Origin: Nitrosopumilus sp.
Lineage (GTDB): Archaea > Thermoproteota > Nitrososphaeria > Nitrososphaerales > Nitrosopumilaceae
Assembly (NCBI GenBank): GCA_965249555.1
Contig: OZ252243.1
Coordinates: forward strand, 1,894,961-1,926,960
Length of the DNA: 32,000 nt
Direction of reading: 5' to 3'
Shown here: positions 1 through 8,198 of the stretch, in pieces
Numbering within the stretch: the stretch's first letter is position 1
How the letters are laid out: each line of letters opens with the position of its first letter
Notes under the pieces: model-generated
Told to the model about the DNA's origin: nothing
Database searches by the model: none
What the model saw: only the letters and a program-made list of their open reading frames with translations
Made by a program: the position numbers and the translations under genes

Positions 1-2000
1 AAGCAAGAGGAATTACAATTTATCAGGCAAATGTTACTTTACACTTTACTCAAAAAGACAAAGAATATGTCATTAACATGATTGATACACCTGGACACGT
101 AGACTTTAGTGGAAGGGTAATTCGTAGTCTTAGAGCAATTGATGGTGCAGTAGTAGTGTGTGATGCAGTAGAAGGCATTATGACTCAAACTGAGACTGTA
201 ACTAGGATGGCACTTGAAGAGAGAGTAAGGCCAGTTTTATTTATCAACAAAGTTGATAGACTCATCAAAGAACTCAGGTTGACTCCTGAGAAGATGCAGC
301 AGCAACTAGCAGAAGTTGTTTCAAACTTTAATCAACTAATTGACACATATGCAGAACCTGAATACAAAGAAAAATGGAAAGTATCCATTCAAGATGCAAG
401 CGTTACATTTGGTTCTGCAAAAGACAGATGGGCAATTAATATTGATTTAATGAAAGAGAAAGGACTTACATTCAAAGATGTTATTGATGCTTATCAAAAT
501 GAAAAAGTTTCAGACCTTGTAGAAAAGGCACCGCTAGCTGAGGCCATACTTGGAATGGTTGTAAAACATCATCCCTCACCACATGTTGCAGTAAAATATA
601 GAATCCCACAAATCTGGAAAGGCGATTTAGATTCTGATGTTGGAAAGGCATTACTTGCTTGTAGTGATGATGGCCCAACAATTATGATGGTTGTAAATAT
701 GGTATTAGATCCTGCAGCAGGACCTGTTGCAATTGGTAGATTATTTTCTGGTACAATCAAAGATGGACAAACCATTAACATAATTGATGAGAAAAGAGAA
801 GGAAGAATTCAATCTGTAAACTTTTTCATGGGAAACCAAAGAGAACAAGTAGGCGAACTTGGAGCAGGAAACATTCCTGCATTATTAGGATTGAATGATT
901 GTAGAGCAGGAAACACTCTATCTTCTGTCAAAGGCATTCAAATGTTTGAAGGAGTGAAATATGTTTCAGAACCTGTAGTTCAAATTGCAATTGAGCCTAA
1001 ACATCCTAAAGATTTACCTAAACTAGTTGACTTTCTAAAACAACTAACAATTGAAGACCCTAATCTTATCGTAAAAATTGATCAGGAAAGTGGTGAGACT
1101 ATTATTGCAGGAATGGGTGTATTGCACCTTGATGTTGCTGTCCATCGTATACAAGATACCAAAATTGAGATTATAACCTCTGAGCCTCTAATTAACTATA
1201 GGGAGACTGTAAAGGGTCCATGCGAGCCAATCATGTCAAAGTCACCTAACAGACATAACAAGATCTTCATGAAAGTAGAACCATTAGAGCCAGAGATTGC
1301 AAACATGCTTCGAACTGGAGAAATCAGTGACATGAAAGACAAAAAGTTTGTTGCAGACAAGCTAAAGGAGGCAGGATGGGATACTGATACAATTAAGAGA
1401 ATAATGAAACTTGATTCACGTGGAAATGTTTTGATTAATGGAACAAAAGGTGTCCAGTTTGTTCAAGAATCGACTGATTCTATTAACACTGGTTTTGATG
1501 AAGTAATGAAAGAAGGTCCTCTTTGTAGAGAACAGATGAGGGATTGCAAGTTTATCTTTACTCACTTTGTTCCACACGAAGATACTGCTCATAGAGGTCT
1601 GTCTCAATTAGGTCCGGCTTCTCGTAGAGCATGTATGGGTGCATTAATGACTGCTGGTACTACTGTTTTAGAGCCAACTTTAGCTATTGAGGTTCGTGTT
1701 CCAACTGATTTGGTTGGAAATGTTGCAACTGTTCTTTCTGGTAAACGTGGTAAAGTACTTGACATGTCACAAAAAGGTGCATCAAGTATTGTAATAGGTG
1801 AGATTCCAGCTTCTGAAACATTCACTTTATCTGAAGCAATGAGAGGTCAAACTGCAGGACGTGCAACATGGAATACATCATTTAAGGCATGGACTGAAGT
1901 TCCAAAATCATTGTTTCAAGAAGCAATATCTGATATTAGAAAGAGAAAAGGATTGGCTCCAGATCCGCCACGAATAACAGACTTTATCGACAAAGATTAA
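1..2000 (+). CDS. fusA: Translation elongation factor 2 (aEF-2), 5' end outside window
   Basis: The frame is open from the window edge (..ARGITIYQANV..INMIDTPGHVDF). It has G-domain motifs DTPGH and NKVDR and the diphthamide-site motif HEDTAHRG near the C-terminus. The listed M at 78 is internal. Confidence 0.95.
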   Translation, partial: ARGITIYQANVTLHFTQKDKEYVINMIDTPGHVDFSGRVIRSLRAIDGAVVVCDAVEGIMTQTETVTRMALEERVRPVLFINKVDRLIKELRLTPEKMQQQLAEVVSNFNQLIDTYAEPEYKEKWKVSIQDASVTFGSAKDRWAINIDLMKEKGLTFKDVIDAYQNEKVSDLVEKAPLAEAILGMVVKHHPSPHVAVKYRIPQIWKGDLDSDVGKALLACSDDGPTIMMVVNMVLDPAAGPVAIGRLFSGTIKDGQTINIIDEKREGRIQSVNFFMGNQREQVGELGAGNIPALLGLNDCRAGNTLSSVKGIQMFEGVKYVSEPVVQIAIEPKHPKDLPKLVDFLKQLTIEDPNLIVKIDQESGETIIAGMGVLHLDVAVHRIQDTKIEIITSEPLINYRETVKGPCEPIMSKSPNRHNKIFMKVEPLEPEIANMLRTGEISDMKDKKFVADKLKEAGWDTDTIKRIMKLDSRGNVLINGTKGVQFVQESTDSINTGFDEVMKEGPLCREQMRDCKFIFTHFVPHEDTAHRGLSQLGPASRRACMGALMTAGTTVLEPTLAIEVRVPTDLVGNVATVLSGKRGKVLDMSQKGASSIVIGEIPASETFTLSEAMRGQTAGRATWNTSFKAWTEVPKSLFQEAISDIRKRKGLAPDPPRITDFIDKD

Positions 2001-2322
2001 AAATAATTCATGGGATTTTGAGAATCTCTCATCTACTCCCACGAAGTGTGTTAGGTGTTTTGTCTTGCAAAATTTGTATTTAATACTGATGAACGATTTC
2101 TCAGTCTTCGAAGAGGTTGTGCATAGCCAAATTTCTCTTAGATGTCAAATATTTGTACAATCAAAATATTACTCTAAACTTGATGTATACGATGAGAACT
2201 AGAAAATTCAATTAGATGCTAATCTTGCAGATCTTAACATGATTTAGTTACTGTGTCCTTATCTCTGAGAAATTCTAGGCTAACTTCACTTCTCTTGTTT
2301 TTGAAATAGCGATACTGATTAA

Positions 2323-2352
2323 TAGTTGACCTGTATATAATAGGTCGACCTA
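2323..2352. promoter_or_regulatory. Imperfect palindrome (TAGTTGACCT / AGGTCGACCTA) flanking a TATA-like box GTATATAAT, about 20 nt upstream of the ATG at 2359
   Basis: Read directly from the sequence. The arms are 2323-2332 and 2342-2352 and the AT-rich core is 2333-2341. The spacing fits an archaeal TATA box for a leaderless or short-leader transcript. Confidence 0.4.
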
Positions 2353-2358
2353 GTTATA

Positions 2359-2937
2359 ATGAGTCAATACAAGCCTAATTTAGAAACGTATGAGCGTGAA
2401 AGGGTTGTACTGGAGAGTATCAAAACCAATCCAAATTTACATCATAATGCATTGCTCAAACTCATTGTACCAGAGTTTATGGCAAAAACAACATTTGAGA
2501 AGACAAGAGATTCTTTACTTGAAAAAGAAATCATCGTAGTACAGACTAAAGGGAACATGAAGTTTTATCATCCTGCTGAAAACTATGAACAAAAATCACA
2601 ACAACACATTGAACGTAACACAAACAACTCTTTTCATGATTTGAAATTACAAATAAAAAAACTGGATGCCGATTATAGACATAAGGATGTAGATGAGAAG
2701 ATAATTATTGCAAATTCCCTTCTAATAAATTTGTTAGAAACAGACAATGGATTTACTATTTTGGATTCAACAAAAAATCCAAAAAAGACATTGTATAGAG
2801 ATGAACATCTAACAATTCAGCAGCTAATCCATCAAATCTTTGAGATGATACGACACGACAGGGACTTTGAGATAATTTTTCCAACAATTGTAAGTTATTT
2901 GGAAATCATGATGCCAAAAGACTCATTGAATAAATAA
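2359..2937 (+). CDS. Hypothetical protein, N-terminal winged-helix-like region (putative DNA-binding regulator)
   Basis: 192-aa ORF with an ATG start and a promoter-like element upstream. The N-terminal ~70 aa pattern (..HHNALLKLIV..TTFEKTRDSLLEKEIIVVQTKGN) resembles a wHTH by eye. The C-terminal half looks helical. Confidence 0.6.
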   Translation: MSQYKPNLETYERERVVLESIKTNPNLHHNALLKLIVPEFMAKTTFEKTRDSLLEKEIIVVQTKGNMKFYHPAENYEQKSQQHIERNTNNSFHDLKLQIKKLDADYRHKDVDEKIIIANSLLINLLETDNGFTILDSTKNPKKTLYRDEHLTIQQLIHQIFEMIRHDRDFEIIFPTIVSYLEIMMPKDSLNK

Positions 2938-2981
2938 CATTTCATCTAATTATTTATTCAGGTATATTTTATCACTAATTT

Positions 2982-3209
2982 ATGGGATTGCTATATACAA
3001 AATTTCATATGTACTTTGATGAAGAAGAGTGGAATCAAATTTCAAACAATCCAATAGTTTTTCAAACAACCAAAAATGGTGTGACTTTAGAGATAGAGGA
3101 CACATCACACAAATCATACAAACTACATTTCAAAGAAGGTGGAAAACTTGGGATGTTCAGAGTTACCGGACAATTTCGACTTATTTGGGATGATGAGGAT
3201 ATTCTCTAA
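2982..3209 (+). CDS. Hypothetical small protein (75 aa)
   Basis: ORF only. It does not overlap its neighbours and is in the same direction as them. I recognise no motif. Confidence 0.4.
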   Translation: MGLLYTKFHMYFDEEEWNQISNNPIVFQTTKNGVTLEIEDTSHKSYKLHFKEGGKLGMFRVTGQFRLIWDDEDIL

Positions 3210-3246
3210 TTTAACCAAATAATAATGGGATTTCTCAAAGAATTTT

Positions 3247-3477
3247 GTGTCTTTAGAAGATCGAATTAAACAGACTTTGAATGATTTTGATAACACTTCA
3301 ACAGAGACAATTTTTGAAATTCTAAATCAGATAAAACCTCAATTCAAAAGTGAATTAATCTCAGAATACCTTCAAGGAAAAATCCAAAAAATTTCAGAGG
3401 TAAATGATGAGGCTGAAAAGAAGAAACAGTGTAAGGCATTAACCCCGTATTTTGACTGGTATCTGCAAGGCTTGTAA
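3247..3477 (+). CDS. Hypothetical small protein (76 aa, GTG start)
   Basis: ORF only, with a non-ATG start. I recognise no motif. Confidence 0.35.
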   Translation: MSLEDRIKQTLNDFDNTSTETIFEILNQIKPQFKSELISEYLQGKIQKISEVNDEAEKKKQCKALTPYFDWYLQGL

Positions 3478-3479
3478 AA

Positions 3480-3905
3480 TTATCCTAAATATTGCTTTAT
3501 TTTATCTAGTGCTATTTTGATGGTCTCTAGATCCTCTCTTGCTTTTAGCATATCTCCAACTAGTTTTACAAAATATTCCTGTCCTGTATCTTCTGCTTTG
3601 TGAATATCTGCCTCATAGCACGCCAATGCTTTCTCTAGAAATGGGACATCATTACTTAACTTACTGGTTGATTGAATGTCCACAAGATTGTCTTGAATCT
3701 TTTGAATCACTTCATCAATTTTTGGGATTGTTTTCATTGCTTGTTGATTCAAAATTGATCCAAACATCCCCGCAGCATCTTTTAGTTCTGGGCTCTTACC
3801 TATAGTTTTTAATCGATTTTTGTAATGTCTTAAAGATTTTAGAATTATCTCATACCCTCCCTCATCTTTAAGATAAATTGCACCAATCCATATTTTCTCA
3901 GACAT
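3480..3905 (-). CDS. Hypothetical protein (141 aa)
   Basis: Clean ORF with an ATG start. It is convergent with 3247-3477. The composition looks helical. I recognise no family. Confidence 0.55.
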   Translation of the reverse strand: MSEKIWIGAIYLKDEGGYEIILKSLRHYKNRLKTIGKSPELKDAAGMFGSILNQQAMKTIPKIDEVIQKIQDNLVDIQSTSKLSNDVPFLEKALACYEADIHKAEDTGQEYFVKLVGDMLKAREDLETIKIALDKIKQYLG

Positions 3906-4032
3906 TTCTCAATGTTGGTTTGTTTTATTATAATAATTTAGTTTCCTATTTTGATACTAGTATGATTTCTACTTGGTGCTAATATGCCAAAAAAACATAT
4001 CATCATTATTGAATACTAAAAATAAATTTGGA

Positions 4033-4200
4033 ATGATGAAACTTGTAGCAAAATGTCCTAACTGTTATGCTGATTCTTTGTACTGTGGGAAAATTCCAAC
4101 TTCAATCAAAACCTTGGCACATAAAGAGGTCTTGTTTTGTAAGGACTGCAAGTTTGTAATTGCAGTAGATGAATACAAAAAAATGCTTTCACAAGCCTAG
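4033..4200 (+). CDS. Small Zn-ribbon-like protein (CPNC..x..CKDC)
   Basis: Two CxxC pairs (CPNCYADSLYCGK ... CKDCKF). I prefer the ATG at 4033 over the TTG at 3973 given in the ORF track. Confidence 0.45.
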   Translation: MMKLVAKCPNCYADSLYCGKIPTSIKTLAHKEVLFCKDCKFVIAVDEYKKMLSQA

Positions 4201-4421
4201 ACATCAGAACTTTCTTTTATTGTTGGCTCGTTCTTATTGATTAGATATAGCAAAATTCCTGCTAGAGTGACACCCATTCCACTAATACCTACAAACGTGC
4301 CTATATTCTTGATAAATCTCAAAACAGGATCTGTTTGACCTAATTCTATAGAGTAAAACAACACTAGTCCAACAGAAAACATGCTTATCCCTATAATGAC
4401 AACTGGTATCCCTGTTTTCAT
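4197..4421 (-). CDS. Small membrane protein (2 predicted TM helices)
   Basis: 74-aa ORF with two long hydrophobic stretches (IPVVIIGISMFSVGLVLFY and FVGISGMGVTLAGILLYLI). Confidence 0.5.
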   Translation of the reverse strand: MKTGIPVVIIGISMFSVGLVLFYSIELGQTDPVLRFIKNIGTFVGISGMGVTLAGILLYLINKNEPTIKESSDV

Positions 4422-4464
4422 GTCTCAATTCATTTTTTCTGATTAATAAATAACAAGAACAAAA

Positions 4465-5331
4465 ATGTGTGTCTTTATGAACACAGTAAACCCTTTTAAT
4501 TCAATCATCGTCAGTATCTCTGTGAGGCTATTCCTTACTCTTCTAACATCTGCAGTCTTGTTTATGATCCCATTTTCAACTAATGCATTTGCACAATCTA
4601 GTTATGATGTAAATATTCCAACTGGTGCAGCCGATGAATCTGCTCCCTTTTTCTGGCAAAGTGAAAAAGACGGTTCAACTACAGGTGTGGTTGAAATTCT
4701 AATTGGAGATACAATTGTTTGGAAAAATGCAGATACTTCATTTCATACAGTAACTTCTGGTTCTGAAACAGATGGATTTGATGGCATTTTTGATAGTAAA
4801 GAATTTGCACCTGGAAAATCATTTACTTACAAATTTTCAGATACAGGTCATTATCCATATTATTGTACATTACATCCATGGATGGATGGTACGATAATTG
4901 TTACAGCTGGATATTCTATTATTCCAAATGTTGGTAAACAAGTAGGTGATGGTACTGCATTCTTTGATGTAGAGTATGACTTTAACCGCTTGCTATCTAC
5001 TGCAACAATTGATGAGGAACAAAAATCAGTCACTTTTGAGATAATCGGTGATGCAAAATCTGATAATCATGATTTAGAACTTCGTCTGCATTCTGGGTTG
5101 GTTGATGGTCCCTTTGTAATATGGATAGATGGTGAAAAGATTTCAGATTTTGAGAATACTAGGGAAGGCGATCTCAATGTGTTGTTTGTACCATTGAATG
5201 CTGATTCAAAAATTTTAACCATTATTGGGACCTCTATAGTTCCTGAATTTGGTACAATGACTATGGTCATTCTTGGGGTGTCTATTGTGTCCATGATAGT
5301 TTTGAATCAGAGATTTAAACTAAAAATCTGA
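4465..5331 (+). CDS. Blue copper protein (plastocyanin/cupredoxin domain) with signal peptide and PEFG-type C-terminal anchor
   Basis: The type-1 Cu ligand pattern is H (FHTVTSG) ... C-x2-H-x4-M (YYCTLHPWMDG). The N-terminus is hydrophobic and ends in NAFA-QS. The C-terminus has IVPEFG followed by a TM helix and a basic tail, which is the PEFG-CTERM style sorting signal known from Thaumarchaeota. The start could also be 4477. Confidence 0.85.
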   Translation: MCVFMNTVNPFNSIIVSISVRLFLTLLTSAVLFMIPFSTNAFAQSSYDVNIPTGAADESAPFFWQSEKDGSTTGVVEILIGDTIVWKNADTSFHTVTSGSETDGFDGIFDSKEFAPGKSFTYKFSDTGHYPYYCTLHPWMDGTIIVTAGYSIIPNVGKQVGDGTAFFDVEYDFNRLLSTATIDEEQKSVTFEIIGDAKSDNHDLELRLHSGLVDGPFVIWIDGEKISDFENTREGDLNVLFVPLNADSKILTIIGTSIVPEFGTMTMVILGVSIVSMIVLNQRFKLKI

Positions 5332-5961
5332 TTTTATTGAAAAATCTTATCTTAAAAAATAATTCTATATAGTAATTATATAGAATAGGTGTATAATGGG
5401 CACTGTTAACTTTTAGGAATATCTCCAAATTGCTGTAAAACTATTTGAATTATCTCACCTTCGAAATATTGATGCGCACGATAAGGAATTAAAAAACTTG
5501 GAAAAACAGAAAATTAGAATTTATTTTCATGATCTTGATTACCAGATAAAGCGTTATTGTGAAAAAATTAGATAATTTATAGTATCAGTAGATGGAAAGG
5601 TCTCATCTTTTGCATTCCAAATGATATTTTTCCATGTCTTTGAACATTCTACAATTACTATTCCAATAAAGCATTTGAGTAATTGGATAGTTAGAATTGG
5701 TTAGTTTTTGATCTAAATGGAGTTACTTTTCCATCTACCAGAGAGATGTTCTACAGTTTATTTCATTACACGACTTGATCATCAGATGAAAATCTGCACA
5801 TTCTGAGTCTAATAGTGTATATTTCAAGCCTAGCAATCACAAATTTAACAAAATAATTCATTGTAATACGAACAAGTTATTTATGTCAAAGATACATAAA
5901 TGTATCATGATGTCTACTCAAAGCAAGGAAATCAAAGCAGTTCATATTACAGACTTTGGAG

Positions 5962-5982
5962 TGGACCCCACTAAATGAGAAC
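5962..5982. repeat. IS3-family terminal inverted repeat (orfB-proximal end)
   Basis: TGGACCCCACTAAATGAGAAC matches the reverse complement of 7171-7192 (TGGTCCCCTCTAGAATGAGAAC) with 2 mismatches and 1 indel. Confidence 0.8.
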
Positions 5983-6013
5983 ACTTTTTGCATAATTTTA
6001 CATACCATTACCC

Positions 6014-6838
6014 TCATTTATGTCTCATCTCCCATTTTTCCAGAAATTCATCTGGCGTGATGTATCCAAGTGCAGAGTGAATCCTGGAATCGTTGTAATC
6101 CTCAAATGCCTTGGTAATTCTTACTTGTGCTGATTGGAAATTTTCAAACTCGTGTGGCCAGAGATATTCCTTCTTTAACGTTTTATGAAACGATTCAACA
6201 TGACCATTTTGTTGTGGTGTATGGTGCCAGATGAATTCCTGTCTTGCACCCAAAAGCAGGATTGCTTCTTTGAACTTTCGGCTTACATATTGCGAACCAT
6301 TGTCAGTTCGTATAATCAGTTTGGCACAATCCGGATTGGAAGTTGCAATTGCATGAATGATTGATTCTGTTGCAGCATCTTTGCTTGCAGTTACATCAAA
6401 TATGTATGAAATCCATTTTCTGCTAAATGTATCTATGACATTAAAGCAGTAACACCAACCATCAACTCCACACCAGACATATGTCATATCTGTCTGCCAC
6501 AACTGGTTTGGCGCAGTCGGTTTGAAAAGTTTCTTTTTGGATGCCATGATGTCTTTTTTGGTCTTTGCAGGTGCAATCCAGCCTAGCTTGTGGAATATCC
6601 TGCGAATCTGCTTTCTGTTTACGGGCAATCCAAGCTCCCTTGCCGTGGCTGCAGCCATCCTACGGGTTCCATATGTTGGCCTGGCATTTCCAATCTTTTG
6701 TACCATTTGGGATACGGTCTTGTTTAGCGGAATGTTTCGGGGTGATTTTGTATGGTACCATTTGTTGTACGATATCCCGACGTATGATAATGATTTTCTC
6801 AGACTCAATTTTGCAGTGAGTTGCTTTGCAATGATCAT
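6014..6838 (-). CDS. IS3-family transposase OrfB (rve integrase core, DDE)
   Basis: WQTDMTYV (D), IIRTDNGSQY (D), NGHVESFHKTLKKE (E), and HSALGYITPDEF at the C-terminus. It lies in the -1 frame relative to orfA. Confidence 0.9.
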   Translation of the reverse strand: MIIAKQLTAKLSLRKSLSYVGISYNKWYHTKSPRNIPLNKTVSQMVQKIGNARPTYGTRRMAAATARELGLPVNRKQIRRIFHKLGWIAPAKTKKDIMASKKKLFKPTAPNQLWQTDMTYVWCGVDGWCYCFNVIDTFSRKWISYIFDVTASKDAATESIIHAIATSNPDCAKLIIRTDNGSQYVSRKFKEAILLLGARQEFIWHHTPQQNGHVESFHKTLKKEYLWPHEFENFQSAQVRITKAFEDYNDSRIHSALGYITPDEFLEKWEMRHK

Positions 6839-7125
6839 CTTTTGTGTCCCTCCAACGTTTTTTTAAAAGTGTCATTGACGATGGTCAGCTCACCTACGAT
6901 TCTTTTTAGAGTCTCATTTTCTTTTTGTAATGTCTTGCATGTATTGTCACCAGATCTTCTGTTTAATGCGGATTTACCTCCATCCACAAACTTTTCTTTC
7001 CAAGAGTAGAATGTCTGCGGATGAATGTTGTGCTTTCTGCACAGTTCTGCAGTTCCAATGTTGGTGTTTAATGATTCAAGGATTATCCTTGATTTTTCTG
7101 CAGGTGTGAATTTGCTCCTTACCAT
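6835..7125 (-). CDS. IS3-family transposase OrfA (HTH)
   Basis: 96 aa. The sequence RSKFTPAEKSRIILESL..IGTAELCRKHNIHPQTFYSWKEKF is typical of the IS3 OrfA helix-turn-helix, and it is followed by a leucine-zipper-like tail. Confidence 0.85.
   Translation of the reverse strand: MVRSKFTPAEKSRIILESLNTNIGTAELCRKHNIHPQTFYSWKEKFVDGGKSALNRRSGDNTCKTLQKENETLKRIVGELTIVNDTFKKTLEGHKR
6858..6864 (-). promoter_or_regulatory. A7 run (T7 on + strand): candidate programmed -1 frameshift site joining OrfA and OrfB
   Basis: On the minus strand orfA reads ACT TTT AAA AAA ACG. The -1 frame has a TAA immediately before the A-run and is open afterwards (AAA AAC GTT ..) into orfB. A6G/A7 motifs are the classical slippery sites of the IS3 family. 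Confidence 0.6.
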
Positions 7126-7170
7126 GGGCGTAAACCTCCTAGATCCCCTGAAAAGTGTATGTATGCAGGC

Positions 7171-7192
7171 GTTCTCATTCTAGAGGGGACCA
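7171..7192. repeat. IS3-family terminal inverted repeat (orfA-proximal end)
   Basis: This is the partner of 5962-5982, read directly from the sequence. Confidence 0.8.
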
Positions 7193-7199
7193 GACCAAC

Positions 7200-7385
7200 T
7201 TGGATAATCTATTAAAAAAATATGATCAATTGCAGGATTTCAGTATCGGTAATATAAAATGTCATATATGCTCGGATGAGGTATCATCCACAAATGTTGG
7301 AAGTATGAAATTGGTCAATGAAAAATTTGTGTTTACCTGCAACAAAATATCTTGTTATGATCAAATAATTAAAAATATTCAGTAA
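7200..7385 (+). CDS. Small Cys-containing hypothetical protein (start uncertain)
   Basis: The ORF-track start at 7155 lies inside the IS3 right terminal repeat, so it cannot be the native start. TTG at 7200 is the first start-like codon outside the IS. The protein contains CHIC ... C..ISC. Confidence 0.3.
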   Translation: MDNLLKKYDQLQDFSIGNIKCHICSDEVSSTNVGSMKLVNEKFVFTCNKISCYDQIIKNIQ

Positions 7386-7477
7386 CAGTGGAGTTATTCA
7401 ATTAACATCAAAGATACGACAATCTCTTTTTGTAACAATTAACCCTTTTCCAAATAATCTCAAAAATAAAGAAACAA

Positions 7478-8095
7478 TCATTTGAGTTTTATCGTAATCT
7501 CTTCTCCATTCCCTATAGGGGATGTTATGGTGTGGAGTTTTGGATTATCTTTGAGATAATCTGAAAATTTTTTCATATCTTGTCTGAACTGTTCAGGATA
7601 TAGCATATTATCTGTAACAATCACCCCTCCAATTGAAACCATTGGAAAAATTAAATCAAAATATTCTATGACATTCTCCTTGTCTGCATCAATTAAAACA
7701 AAATCAAAAAAATCCTTGTATTTTTGCTGTAAACTCAATTCTGTAAGTATTTGCATTGCTAATCCTTCCTTTATGATTACTGTATCCATAACTCCTGCTT
7801 TCTGAAAGTTCTCTTTTGCTCTTTTGATTTTACTTGGATTTTGCTCAATTGTGATAATTTTACCTGATTGCGCTGCAATGACTTCTGCACACCATATTGT
7901 TGAATATCCTGTTGACATGCCTACCTCGAGCATATTTTTTGCATTTTTTAGACGTAAAATCATGTTGAGTAGTTCTCCTGTCTCTTTTGTTATGGCAAGC
8001 ATTCTGTCTTCATGTGGAACATCTTTTTTTCTTGATTTCTCTAATGTTGACTGTATCTCTAATTCATCCAGTACCTTGGCGATTGAATCCATCAT
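7478..8095 (-). CDS. Class I SAM-dependent O-methyltransferase (caffeoyl-CoA OMT-like, family 3)
   Basis: SAM-binding motif I is MLEVGMSTGYST. The acidic residue follows beta-2 (ITIEQN). The IDADKENVIEYF motif is typical of family 3 O-methyltransferases. Confidence 0.85.
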   Translation of the reverse strand: MMDSIAKVLDELEIQSTLEKSRKKDVPHEDRMLAITKETGELLNMILRLKNAKNMLEVGMSTGYSTIWCAEVIAAQSGKIITIEQNPSKIKRAKENFQKAGVMDTVIIKEGLAMQILTELSLQQKYKDFFDFVLIDADKENVIEYFDLIFPMVSIGGVIVTDNMLYPEQFRQDMKKFSDYLKDNPKLHTITSPIGNGEEITIKLK

Positions 8096-8198
8096 GTGAT
8101 TTCTGTATTTTTAAAATAATTTAACCATAACTTTGATCTTATAGACATTTGAAATGCTTTCAATAGCTTATATTTAGTAAAGAAATTTTTGATTTAGA

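Larger units (their letters stand above)
5962..7192 (-). mobile_element. IS3-family insertion sequence (1231 bp), apparently intact
   Basis: It has terminal inverted repeats beginning TG and ending CA, an orfA (HTH) plus orfB (rve/DDE) arrangement, and an A7 slippery run in the orfA/orfB overlap region. Confidence 0.85.

Noticed and set aside
481-1825. Four minus-strand ORFs (63-73 aa) inside the EF-2 gene
   Set aside because: They are antisense to a strongly supported conserved CDS. They have no motifs and their composition is typical of shadow frames.
2085-2160. A possible C/D-box sRNA (CTGATGA at about 2087)
   Set aside because: No matching D box (CTGA) or C'/D' pair occurs at the expected spacing.
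6522-7009. Plus-strand ORFs (62-114 aa) and the minus-strand ORF 6660-6875 inside the IS3 element
   Set aside because: They overlap the clearly recognisable orfA/orfB transposase frames. They are shadow or alternative frames.
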